A stretch of 56,535 nt of DNA from Elusimicrobia bacterium HGW-Elusimicrobia-2. Its GTDB lineage: Bacteria > CG03. The position numbers and the translations under genes are program-made. The DNA lies in assembly GCA_002841685.1 (NCBI GenBank), contig PHAM01000002.1:1-56535 (forward strand). Direction: 5' to 3'. Under the pieces are notes generated by a model, which saw only the letters and a list, made by a program, of their open reading frames with translations, searched no databases and was not told the DNA's origin. Below are positions 1 through 7,262 of this stretch, piece after piece. How positions within the stretch are numbered: the first letter of the stretch is position 1; each line of letters opens with the position of its first letter.

Positions 1-108
1 CGACCGAAGGGAGAAATCTAAAATGCTTATAATACAAAGATTTCTCGTCGCTACGCTCCTCGAAATGACACCAAGAAGGACTTATTAGAGTGGACTCAAA
101 CATGATAA
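1..108. repeat. Dispersed ~100-nt intergenic repeat, copy 1 (upstream of the Na/Pi transporter gene)
   Basis: gagaaatctaaaatgcttataatacaaagattt...gctcctcgaaatgacaccaagaaggacttattagag recurs at 1915-2090 in the same orientation. The second copy carries two internal insertions. This copy may be cut by the window edge. Confidence 0.7.
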
Positions 109-141
109 GCGCACCGGCATGTTTTGAATTAGGCAGGCATT

Positions 142-150
142 TGATATAAT
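142..150 (+). promoter_or_regulatory. Extended -10 element TGaTATAAT, 6 nt upstream of the ATG at 157 (candidate leaderless transcript)
   Basis: ttTGaTATAATccgagcATG read directly. No Shine-Dalgarno fits between the -10 and the start codon. Confidence 0.4.
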
Positions 151-156
151 CCGAGC

Positions 157-1821
157 ATGACTGTGGAAATGCTGTTTATGCTGATGGGTGGCCTTGGGTT
201 TTTCTTTTTCGGCATGGAACTGATGTCGGACGGCCTTAAAAAGGTTTCAGGGGAAAAACTTAAATCATTCTTACACAGCGCAACCAAATTTCCCGTGATG
301 GGTGTTTTCGTCGGGGCAATTGTAACCTGTTTAATACAGTCTTCCAGCGCAACGACGGTTATGGTGGTAGGTTTCGTGAACGCCGGGCTTCTCTCTCTAA
401 GCCAGGCAATAACCGTTGTTATGGGCGCCAATATAGGGACAACATTCACCGCATGGCTGGTATCCTCAATGTCAATATTTGAAGTTACCAGCTATTCGCT
501 GCCCGCAATAGGAATAGGTTTTCTTTTAACAAAATTGGGGAAGACCCGAAAAATCAAGTCGGCAGGGCAGGTAATTCTGGGGTTTGGGATTCTCTTCACG
601 GGACTTTCTTTCATCAAGGACGCTTTTACACCTCTAAAGAACAGCAGTTACATAATCAGCGTATTTGCCGCATGGGGGTCTCGCCCTATATTAGGGGTCC
701 TGGCCGGAATCATTTTTACAGCTCTATTGCAAAGCTCAAGCGCAACAATAGCCATTGTTCAGGTACTGGCTTTTAACGGAGTATTAAGTTTTCCTACCGC
801 AATAGCAATTGTACTCGGGGATAATATCGGTACGACAATAACCGCTCAGTTGGCCGCACTAAATACAAATATAGCGGCAAAAAGAACAGCAATGGCGCAT
901 ACATTGTTTAATGTGATAGGAACGGTTTACATGCTGGTTTTTCTGTACACCGGCCTCTATGAAAAAGCGGTATATTTAATTATCCCCGGGGAAATATCCT
1001 CAAAGAGCATAATGTTCTACATTGCGGTGGCCCACAGCTTGTTTAATGTCGTAAACACCATAGTATTTCTGCCCTTGACCGGATGGCTTGAAAAAATCAG
1101 TGTATTTCTGGTTCCAAAAAAAGAAGGCGCGGTGGATATAGGAACTCAGTATCTTGAAAAACATGTTCTCGCAACACCGGCCATAGCGCTGGATCTGATA
1201 AAAAAGGAAACAGGGTATATGCTTAGATTGGCGGCAGAATCGGTTTCATTGGCCTTTGAAAGTTTCATGAAAAACGAAGTAAGCAATATAAAAAGAGTGG
1301 CAAGACTGGAAGATGCCGTCGATAATCTGCAATCCGAGATAACTCAGTATATTGTTGAACTGTCCGGAAAAGACCTGTCCGAGGATGAAAACAGTCAGCT
1401 GCCTGTGCTGATACACAATGTAAATGACATAGAAAGAATAGGAGATCACTCGGAAAATATTATTGAACTTGCCGAAAGAAAAATTGAAGACAGGCTTCCT
1501 CTGACCAGCGCGGCGATGGCAGAGTTAAATCTTATGTGGGCTGAACTAAACAGCATGATAATAGAAACCGGACGGCTTCTTGCCGGCAATGATATCTCCG
1601 GAGTAAAAAAAATATTCGCGCATGAAGAAAGGATAAACCGTTTTCAGAATGACCTGAAAAAAGGGCATGTTGAGAGGTTGAACAGGCGTGAATGCAACTT
1701 GAAAGCAGGTATATTGTTTCTTGATCTTGTGGACAATCTTGAAAAAATAGGAGACCATCTGTCTAATATTGCGCAGGGGATTGCGGGCGATATGAAATGG
1801 ATGGGCCGAAAACATAAATGA
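157..1821 (+). CDS. Na+/phosphate cotransporter family protein with C-terminal PhoU-like domain
   Basis: 554-aa ORF. Duplicated Na/Pi-cotransporter motifs are present (GLGFFFFGMELMSDGLKK; QSSSATTVMVVGF / QSSSATIAIVQVL; GANIGTT / GDNIGTT). Two PhoU-like helices follow (IERIGDHSENI, LEKIGDHLSNI). Confidence 0.9.
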   Translation: MTVEMLFMLMGGLGFFFFGMELMSDGLKKVSGEKLKSFLHSATKFPVMGVFVGAIVTCLIQSSSATTVMVVGFVNAGLLSLSQAITVVMGANIGTTFTAWLVSSMSIFEVTSYSLPAIGIGFLLTKLGKTRKIKSAGQVILGFGILFTGLSFIKDAFTPLKNSSYIISVFAAWGSRPILGVLAGIIFTALLQSSSATIAIVQVLAFNGVLSFPTAIAIVLGDNIGTTITAQLAALNTNIAAKRTAMAHTLFNVIGTVYMLVFLYTGLYEKAVYLIIPGEISSKSIMFYIAVAHSLFNVVNTIVFLPLTGWLEKISVFLVPKKEGAVDIGTQYLEKHVLATPAIALDLIKKETGYMLRLAAESVSLAFESFMKNEVSNIKRVARLEDAVDNLQSEITQYIVELSGKDLSEDENSQLPVLIHNVNDIERIGDHSENIIELAERKIEDRLPLTSAAMAELNLMWAELNSMIIETGRLLAGNDISGVKKIFAHEERINRFQNDLKKGHVERLNRRECNLKAGILFLDLVDNLEKIGDHLSNIAQGIAGDMKWMGRKHK

Positions 1822-1845
1822 GTCCGCTCTAAAAAGCGTTACGCC

Positions 1846-2090
1846 TGTCATTCCGAATCCCTCGCTCCTGTCATTCCGAGCAAAGCGAGGAATCTTGCTC
1901 GGGACAGGCTCCGTGAGGAATCTAAAATGCTTATAACACAAAGATTTCAAGCGAAGCGCTTGCAATTCTTGATACTTGTGCATTGTCTCGTCGCGGAGTT
2001 TACCCTGAGCGAAGTCGAATGGGCTCCCGCCACGGCGGACGAAGCTCCTCGAAATGACACCGAGAAGGACTTCTTAGAGCGAACTCATAA
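1846..2090. repeat. Cluster of short 'tgtcattccga...gaggaatct' repeat units (1846-1923) followed by copy 2 of the ~100-nt dispersed repeat (1915-2090)
   Basis: tgtcattccgaa (1846) and tgtcattccgagcaaagcgaggaatct (1869) are the reverse complement of the agattcctcacttcgttcggaatgaca units at 16554 and 16625. 1915-2090 aligns with 11-108. Confidence 0.7.
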
Positions 2091-2185
2091 ATAATATTGG
2101 TCAAATAGGAACCGTCCCCATTCTTGATCCCCATTCTTGATACTTATTGACGGGAGATTTGTTTTTTGTGTACAATCAAAAAGTG

Positions 2186-2215
2186 ATAGGTTAATCGGTT
2201 AACTGATTAACCTAT
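2186..2215. promoter_or_regulatory. Palindromic operator candidate upstream of the LacI-family gene
   Basis: ATAGGTTAATC-ggttaact-GATTAACCTAT has perfect 11-bp inverted arms. It lies just downstream of a possible TTGACG(2147)-18-TACAAT(2171) promoter. It overlaps a TATAAT at 2213 and sits 58 nt before the ATG at 2273. Confidence 0.55.
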
Positions 2216-2272
2216 AATTTTCCGTTGAAACATCCGAACAGTGCTGAAAAATAAGGAGCCCCGGGTACGTTT

Positions 2273-3325
2273 ATGTATGGAAATCAGAACATTAGAAAAG
2301 ACATAGGTAATACAGCGCTCCGCAATCATCATGTGACAATTAAGGATATCGCAAGTTCTGTTGGTGTGTCGACAGCGACGGTTTCGCTTGCTCTTTCAGG
2401 CAATTCAAGGATTTCAGAAGAGACCTGCCGGAAAATTATTATGACCGCGAAAAAATTCGGATACAGTCCGTCCTCCGCCGCCCGCAGTCTCGCTATGAAT
2501 AAATCTGGAAATATCGCTCTTATGATTCCCAATTTGGATCAAATATTTCAGCAGTCTTTTTTTGCGCTTGCCATGAATGGCGTGTATGACGCCTGCCTTG
2601 CGAAATCATATAGTCTCCGGCTGGAAGTCGTATCGGACAGCTTTGTAAGCAGCCGGCGGTTTATCAAACTTTTCCAGGAAAGAAGTGTGGACGGAATGCT
2701 GTATGCGGGTTCAACATCCGCGGATACTTATTTGAATCAATTGTACGAGTTGAAGTATCCTTTTATTTTTGCGGGGAGCTATCTTAACGGCAGTAATCTT
2801 CCTTTCGTCACGGGGGACAATAAAAAAGGGGGGGCTCTCGCGGTTGAGCATCTGCTGAATTCGGGCCGCCGGAAAATAGCTCATATCTACGGAGATTTTA
2901 ATATTACAAGTTCGCTGGATAGATTTAACGGATACAGGGATGCCCTGGAAAAAGCGGGCATAGTTTTTGATGATAGTTTAACTGCCCCCGGAGGATTCAG
3001 CGAAAAAGGCGGCGCTTCGGCGATGAAAAAACTTCTTAAACAAAAACCCGATGCTGTTTTTGCGGGGAACGATATTATGGCCGCGGGCGCAATAAGGGAG
3101 ATAAAGCGTTCAGGGCTCAGTGTGCCGGACGACATTTCGGTCTGCGGAATGGATGATATTCCTTTGGCTTCGGCGATGTCGCCCGCTCTTACGACGGTGA
3201 AATATGATATTTACGGCATTGCCCGGCGCGCTGCGGAAAAGCTCATTGATATAATTGAGGGCAGGCAGCCGGAACAGGTCAAAGAATTTTTGCCGGTTGA
3301 ATTGATTAAGAGAGATTCCTGCTGA
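2273..3325 (+). CDS. LacI-family transcriptional regulator
   Basis: N-terminal HTH VTIKDIASSVGVSTATVSLALSG. A periplasmic-binding-fold sugar-sensor domain follows (VDGMLYAGS, AVFAGNDIMAAGAIREI, SVCGMDDIPLA). Confidence 0.9.
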   Translation: MYGNQNIRKDIGNTALRNHHVTIKDIASSVGVSTATVSLALSGNSRISEETCRKIIMTAKKFGYSPSSAARSLAMNKSGNIALMIPNLDQIFQQSFFALAMNGVYDACLAKSYSLRLEVVSDSFVSSRRFIKLFQERSVDGMLYAGSTSADTYLNQLYELKYPFIFAGSYLNGSNLPFVTGDNKKGGALAVEHLLNSGRRKIAHIYGDFNITSSLDRFNGYRDALEKAGIVFDDSLTAPGGFSEKGGASAMKKLLKQKPDAVFAGNDIMAAGAIREIKRSGLSVPDDISVCGMDDIPLASAMSPALTTVKYDIYGIARRAAEKLIDIIEGRQPEQVKEFLPVELIKRDSC

Positions 3326-3385
3326 TAAACGCCGGAGGCAGCGGTGAATTTTTGACAAATTTGAGTTTAGTGTAAAGGAGATGTA

Positions 3386-5842
3386 ATGAAAAAAATTATT
3401 TTGGTTTTGGCGCTGATGATTGCCGGTGAATTGCATTTGTATGCGAAAAAGGAAGACGTCACTTTTGAGTATAAGAGCCCGGTAAAGGTGGAAGCTGTTT
3501 ATGTGACCGGGGATTTCGCCGACTGGAATGCGACAGCGCATAAAATGACGTATTACGAAGCCGAAGACATTTACAGGGAAACACTGAAATTTGAGGAGGG
3601 AAAATATCTCTACAAGTTTGTGGTAAACGGCAGTGACTGGAAGAGTGATCCGAAAAACAGCGAAAAAACCGACGACGGACAGGGAGGTTTTAATTCCGTT
3701 CTTTTGGTCGGCGCCTCTTATAAGGTTAAGTTTAACGAGAAAACCGGCGACGGGAAAATAAGGGACGAGGGGTTGTCGTTTGATATGAAAGACGCCGTGA
3801 GTTTTAATCCTTATGCGGAGAAAAGAATACGCTTTACGCTCCGCACGGCGGCGCATGATATAGAAAGAGCGGAGCTTTTGATTAAGGGCGCGGAAAAACC
3901 AAAATACGAGCTCACGCGTTTTTACAGCGACGGGAAGTTTGATTATTTTGTCTCTTATGTGACGTGCGCCAAAGATGATATCAGTTTTGTCTTCTGCGCG
4001 TATGACTCCGGCGCGAAAAAATATTTCGGTAAATCAGGGGCATCTGCCGATAGTTTAGCGGCCGGCGAATTTGAAAGCAGAAACACTTTTTCGGATTACC
4101 TCAAAACTCCGGAATGGGCAAAGCATGTCGTATGGTATCAGATAATGGTGGACCGTTTCCGCAACGGCGACAACTCTAACGACCCGACCTTTGACGTTCT
4201 GCCTTTTTCATGGGACTGGTTTAACCCCACACCGAATGAAAAAAATAAAGGATTTTACAACGCTGTTTGGGACAGAAAATTCGGTGGTGATTTGATAGGA
4301 GTAAAAGAGGAACTCCCTTATTTGCAGAATCTCGGTATAACCGCTGTCTATTTTAATCCGGTTTTTAAATCGGAATCATATCAGAAATACAACACCGCCG
4401 ATTTCAGGCACATTGACGATACTTTTTATCAGAAGGGGGATTTGCTCGCGGCTTCCGGTGAAACGGACGACCCCGCGACATGGAAATTTACAGCTACCGA
4501 TAAATATTTTTTTAAGTTTATAGATGACGCTCACAGCAAAGGAATCAGAGTCATCGTGGACGGCGTTTTTAATCATTCAGGCACGGAGATGTTTGCTTTT
4601 GAGGATTTGAGAATGAAAAAAAAGGCCTCAAAATACGCCGACTGGTACAAGGTGTCTTCGTGGGAACCTTTTAAGCATATAGGCTGGGCGGGTTTCGGTT
4701 CTCTGCCGGAATTTAATCAGGATGAAAAAGGTCTTGTGCCTCCGGTAAAAGAATTTATCTTTAATATCACGAGAAGGTGGGAAAAGCCCGGGGTCGGCCT
4801 CACGGGAATTGACGGCTGGCGGTTGGATGTGCCCATGTGCGTAAAAAAAGATTTCTGGGAGGGTTGGCGGAAAGTTGTGCGTGAATCCAATCCTGACGCT
4901 TTTTCGACCGGCGAGATATGGACGGACGCTTCCGTTTGGCTTAATGACGGTAAAACTTTTGATTCTGTAATGAATTATGAATTCGCGAAACTGCTTGTTG
5001 ATTATTTTATAGACAAAAATACTAAAATTTCAGCGAATGAATTTGATATGAAATTGAGAGAGCTTGCCGTGCGTCATCCCCAGCAGGTTGTTTTTGTGCA
5101 GTATAATTTGACGAATTCCCATGACACCGACAGGATTGCCTCAATGATTAAAAATCCGGACAGGGAATACAACACGCGCAACCGTCTTCAGAATGCCGAC
5201 GGCAGAAATTACGATAATTCCCGTCCATCGGAGAAAGACTATAATATTCTGAAACTTATCAGAGCCGCCCAGTTCGCTTTTCCGGGTGCCCCGGCGGTAT
5301 ATTACGGGGATGAAATCGGTATGTGGGGTTCCGACGACCCGAATAACAGGAAACCCATGTGGTGGGATGATATCAAATACGAGAATAAACAGTACAAGCC
5401 GAATAAGAAACTCAAAGAATTTATGCGTCGGCTGATAGCAGTCAGAAACACGTATCCTGTAATGAGAACAGGCGTATTTTATCCTGTTTCGGCGGATGAC
5501 GCGACCGATGTTGTTATTTACAGAAGAGAGCTCGGAGATGAAACGGCGTATATTTTAATCAATAACTCGGCGAGCAGGCAATCTGTGGAGTTGACGGCGG
5601 ATGAAGAACTGTGGGATGTTTTGAATGTTAAAGGTGAAATAAAAGCCGTGACAAAAGATGAATATGTTCAAAACGGCGCGGCTCACCCCGACGGTACAGG
5701 TATATATATAAACGGCAGTCATGCGGTTAACTGTGTATCAATAGATAAAAAACCGACGTATAAACCGTCCGGCGGTAGAGTGAAAGTGAAGTTAAAACCC
5801 AAAACAGGTCTTTACCTCATAAATAAAGCATATGTTTTCTGA
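3386..5842 (+). CDS. Exported GH13 alpha-amylase-family enzyme (neopullulanase/cyclomaltodextrinase-like) with N-terminal CBM48-like module
   Basis: AAGGAG RBS and signal peptide MKKIILVLALMIAGELHLYA. CBM48/AMPK-beta-like module (VTGDFADWN...YKFVVNGSDWKSDP...DDGQGGFNSVL). GH13 regions DGVFNHSG, GWRLDVPMC, TGEIW, NSHDTDR, YYGDEIGMWG. Confidence 0.9.
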   Translation: MKKIILVLALMIAGELHLYAKKEDVTFEYKSPVKVEAVYVTGDFADWNATAHKMTYYEAEDIYRETLKFEEGKYLYKFVVNGSDWKSDPKNSEKTDDGQGGFNSVLLVGASYKVKFNEKTGDGKIRDEGLSFDMKDAVSFNPYAEKRIRFTLRTAAHDIERAELLIKGAEKPKYELTRFYSDGKFDYFVSYVTCAKDDISFVFCAYDSGAKKYFGKSGASADSLAAGEFESRNTFSDYLKTPEWAKHVVWYQIMVDRFRNGDNSNDPTFDVLPFSWDWFNPTPNEKNKGFYNAVWDRKFGGDLIGVKEELPYLQNLGITAVYFNPVFKSESYQKYNTADFRHIDDTFYQKGDLLAASGETDDPATWKFTATDKYFFKFIDDAHSKGIRVIVDGVFNHSGTEMFAFEDLRMKKKASKYADWYKVSSWEPFKHIGWAGFGSLPEFNQDEKGLVPPVKEFIFNITRRWEKPGVGLTGIDGWRLDVPMCVKKDFWEGWRKVVRESNPDAFSTGEIWTDASVWLNDGKTFDSVMNYEFAKLLVDYFIDKNTKISANEFDMKLRELAVRHPQQVVFVQYNLTNSHDTDRIASMIKNPDREYNTRNRLQNADGRNYDNSRPSEKDYNILKLIRAAQFAFPGAPAVYYGDEIGMWGSDDPNNRKPMWWDDIKYENKQYKPNKKLKEFMRRLIAVRNTYPVMRTGVFYPVSADDATDVVIYRRELGDETAYILINNSASRQSVELTADEELWDVLNVKGEIKAVTKDEYVQNGAAHPDGTGIYINGSHAVNCVSIDKKPTYKPSGGRVKVKLKPKTGLYLINKAYVF

Positions 5843-5844
5843 AA

Positions 5845-5900
5845 AAAATGGGGACGGAGGTAATTTAATTTCCAAAAATACAAGGAATTATAATTAAAAA
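5845..5900 (+). mobile_element. Left-arm remnant of the REP/RAYT-associated element family
   Basis: aaaatggggacggaggtaatttaa (5845-5868) equals the left arm of the full unit at 28749. The next ~30 nt (tttccaaaaatacaaggaattata) resemble the spacer of the copy at 20236. No right arm was found before the next gene. Confidence 0.7.
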
Positions 5901-6023
5901 GGGCGAATGGGAAATGAATATTTTGGGAAAATATAATGTGATAGAAATAGCGTTGAATAGCGTCAATTTTCGCTATATCGGAGTGAAGTAGTTTGAAAAT
6001 GGTAAATTATGGGGGGAAATAAA

Positions 6024-6812
6024 ATGAAAAAAGTTGTTATGCTTTCGTTTTTTTGTTTGTTAATAGGCGCGCAAATAGTTAAGGCGAGCGACGTGAAGGT
6101 TAAGCTGAATTCCGCCGATGGTTCGACGTCCTTTCAGGTGAGGGATTCGGCTGATGTTGTTGTTTCAAGCATAACATCCGACGGCAATGCGGTGTTTGCC
6201 ACGATTACAACTACACACACAATCACTGCCGGGTCAGATATCCGTGTCAAGGGAAATGATATTTTTTTCGGCGATAGTCAGACTGACAGAAAAATTTATG
6301 ATGACGCGGCAAATTACGCAACACGATTTTCCTCCAATGTTTATATAGAGCAAGGGGCATTAAGAGACAGAACCGTGGAATCAGGGGATTTGATTGTAAT
6401 TTCAAGTTGCACATTTTTAACTGACACAGTTTCAGTTGATTCAGCATTTGATACCTTTGTAAGTATTCCCGGGATGTATGCAGAACTTAACGTTACCGCG
6501 CAACCGTCTATGATTTTTGTTAATTTTTGTGCTCCTGTTAAAAATAGCAATGCGGCTGAATGGGCAAGATGCAGGTTAAAAGCATATGTTGTTACCCCTT
6601 CCGAGTCCTATGTGGAAGTTGGATTTAGTGATGGAGTATGTCCAGTAGGGAATGCTAATAATTTACTCCCGATGAATGTGTGCGGTGCCTATAGAGCCAC
6701 TGTAACCGGAACATACAAGGTTTTAATACAATGGACTGACGGTGGGTTTGGAGGAGAAGCTACAACCGCAGGCGGAAGATCATTTTATACTTATTGGTTA
6801 GGGTGCAATTGA
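6024..6812 (+). CDS. Hypothetical secreted protein
   Basis: ORF track gives 6009. ATG 6024 is preferred: GGGGGG RBS 7 nt upstream, and it starts the signal peptide MKKVVMLSFFCLLIGAQIVKA. No family recognised. Confidence 0.6.
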   Translation: MKKVVMLSFFCLLIGAQIVKASDVKVKLNSADGSTSFQVRDSADVVVSSITSDGNAVFATITTTHTITAGSDIRVKGNDIFFGDSQTDRKIYDDAANYATRFSSNVYIEQGALRDRTVESGDLIVISSCTFLTDTVSVDSAFDTFVSIPGMYAELNVTAQPSMIFVNFCAPVKNSNAAEWARCRLKAYVVTPSESYVEVGFSDGVCPVGNANNLLPMNVCGAYRATVTGTYKVLIQWTDGGFGGEATTAGGRSFYTYWLGCN

Positions 6813-6889
6813 AATGGATAATTGTGTGAAAAAGGAGAATAAAATTGTCACCTAAACATTATCTGGAAATAGTTTTGCATGGAAAGAAA

Positions 6890-6994
6890 TTAGATTTTCT
6901 TAAAAGATTGTTTTTTGTCCTGAATATGAGCGACTATGCCGATTGCAAGGACAAAAATCAAAACACCCGTAAGAAGAATGTAAAGACCTGTCAT
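6890..6994 (-). CDS. Tiny single-TM peptide (34 aa), translationally coupled to the upstream small membrane protein
   Basis: Hand translation gives MTGLYILLTGVLIFVLAIGIVAHIQDKKQSFKKI. GGGAGGG lies just upstream. Its ATG overlaps the TGA of ORF 6991..7182 (ATGA). A positional analogue exists at 47241..47348. It is below the ORF-track size cutoff. Confidence 0.45.
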   Translation of the reverse strand: MTGLYILLTGVLIFVLAIGIVAHIQDKKQSFKKI

Positions 6995-7182
6995 TTTCCC
7001 TCCCTGTTAAAATTTGTCGCGATGACAAAAGATGCTATAAACAAGAACAACCCGAGTATGAAAATGGGGATGTCTAAACTTCTGGATATAAGCTGTCCGA
7101 TTACAAGGACGGCCAATAACAGTTTTCCGACATCATATAATGCTTTGGCTAATTCTTTTCGCTGGGTTTTATCTAATTCCAT
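6991..7182 (-). CDS. Small membrane protein (63 aa), paralog of 47351..47545
   Basis: MELDKTQRKELAKALYDVGKLLLAVLVIGQLIS...FILGLFLFIASFVIA aligns with MNFDKNQRKELARIFLNL...FILGVAVFTVLFIMG. The start is moved from 7221 to 7182 to match the paralog and the promoter at 7191-7218. Confidence 0.6.
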   Translation of the reverse strand: MELDKTQRKELAKALYDVGKLLLAVLVIGQLISRSLDIPIFILGLFLFIASFVIATNFNREGK

Positions 7183-7190
7183 ACACTTTA

Positions 7191-7218
7191 ACTTTAACAA
7201 AATAAGCGAATTTGTCAA
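7191..7218 (-). promoter_or_regulatory. Sigma70-like promoter TTGACA-16-TAAAGT, 8 nt upstream of the ATG at 7182 (leaderless geometry)
   Basis: Minus strand reads TTGACAaattcgcttattttgtTAAAGTtaaagtgtATG. Confidence 0.45.
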
Positions 7219-7262
7219 CACAAAGAAGTGTAAATGCGGGAACGAAGGATGATAGAGGATTG

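Noticed and set aside
6845-7252. A 135-aa + strand ORF between the hypothetical secreted gene and the giant gene.
   Set aside because: It is antisense to the small membrane protein and tiny peptide cassette, which has a paralogous copy at 47241-47545. It has no RBS and its sequence is not protein-like.
7212-7262. The first 17 codons of track ORF 7212..15071, and the first 13 codons of minus ORF 6991..7221.
   Set aside because: The two extensions overlap each other and the divergent promoter. The internal starts 7263 (basic n-region + hydrophobic segment) and 7182 (matching the paralog MNFDKNQRKELA) are more plausible.
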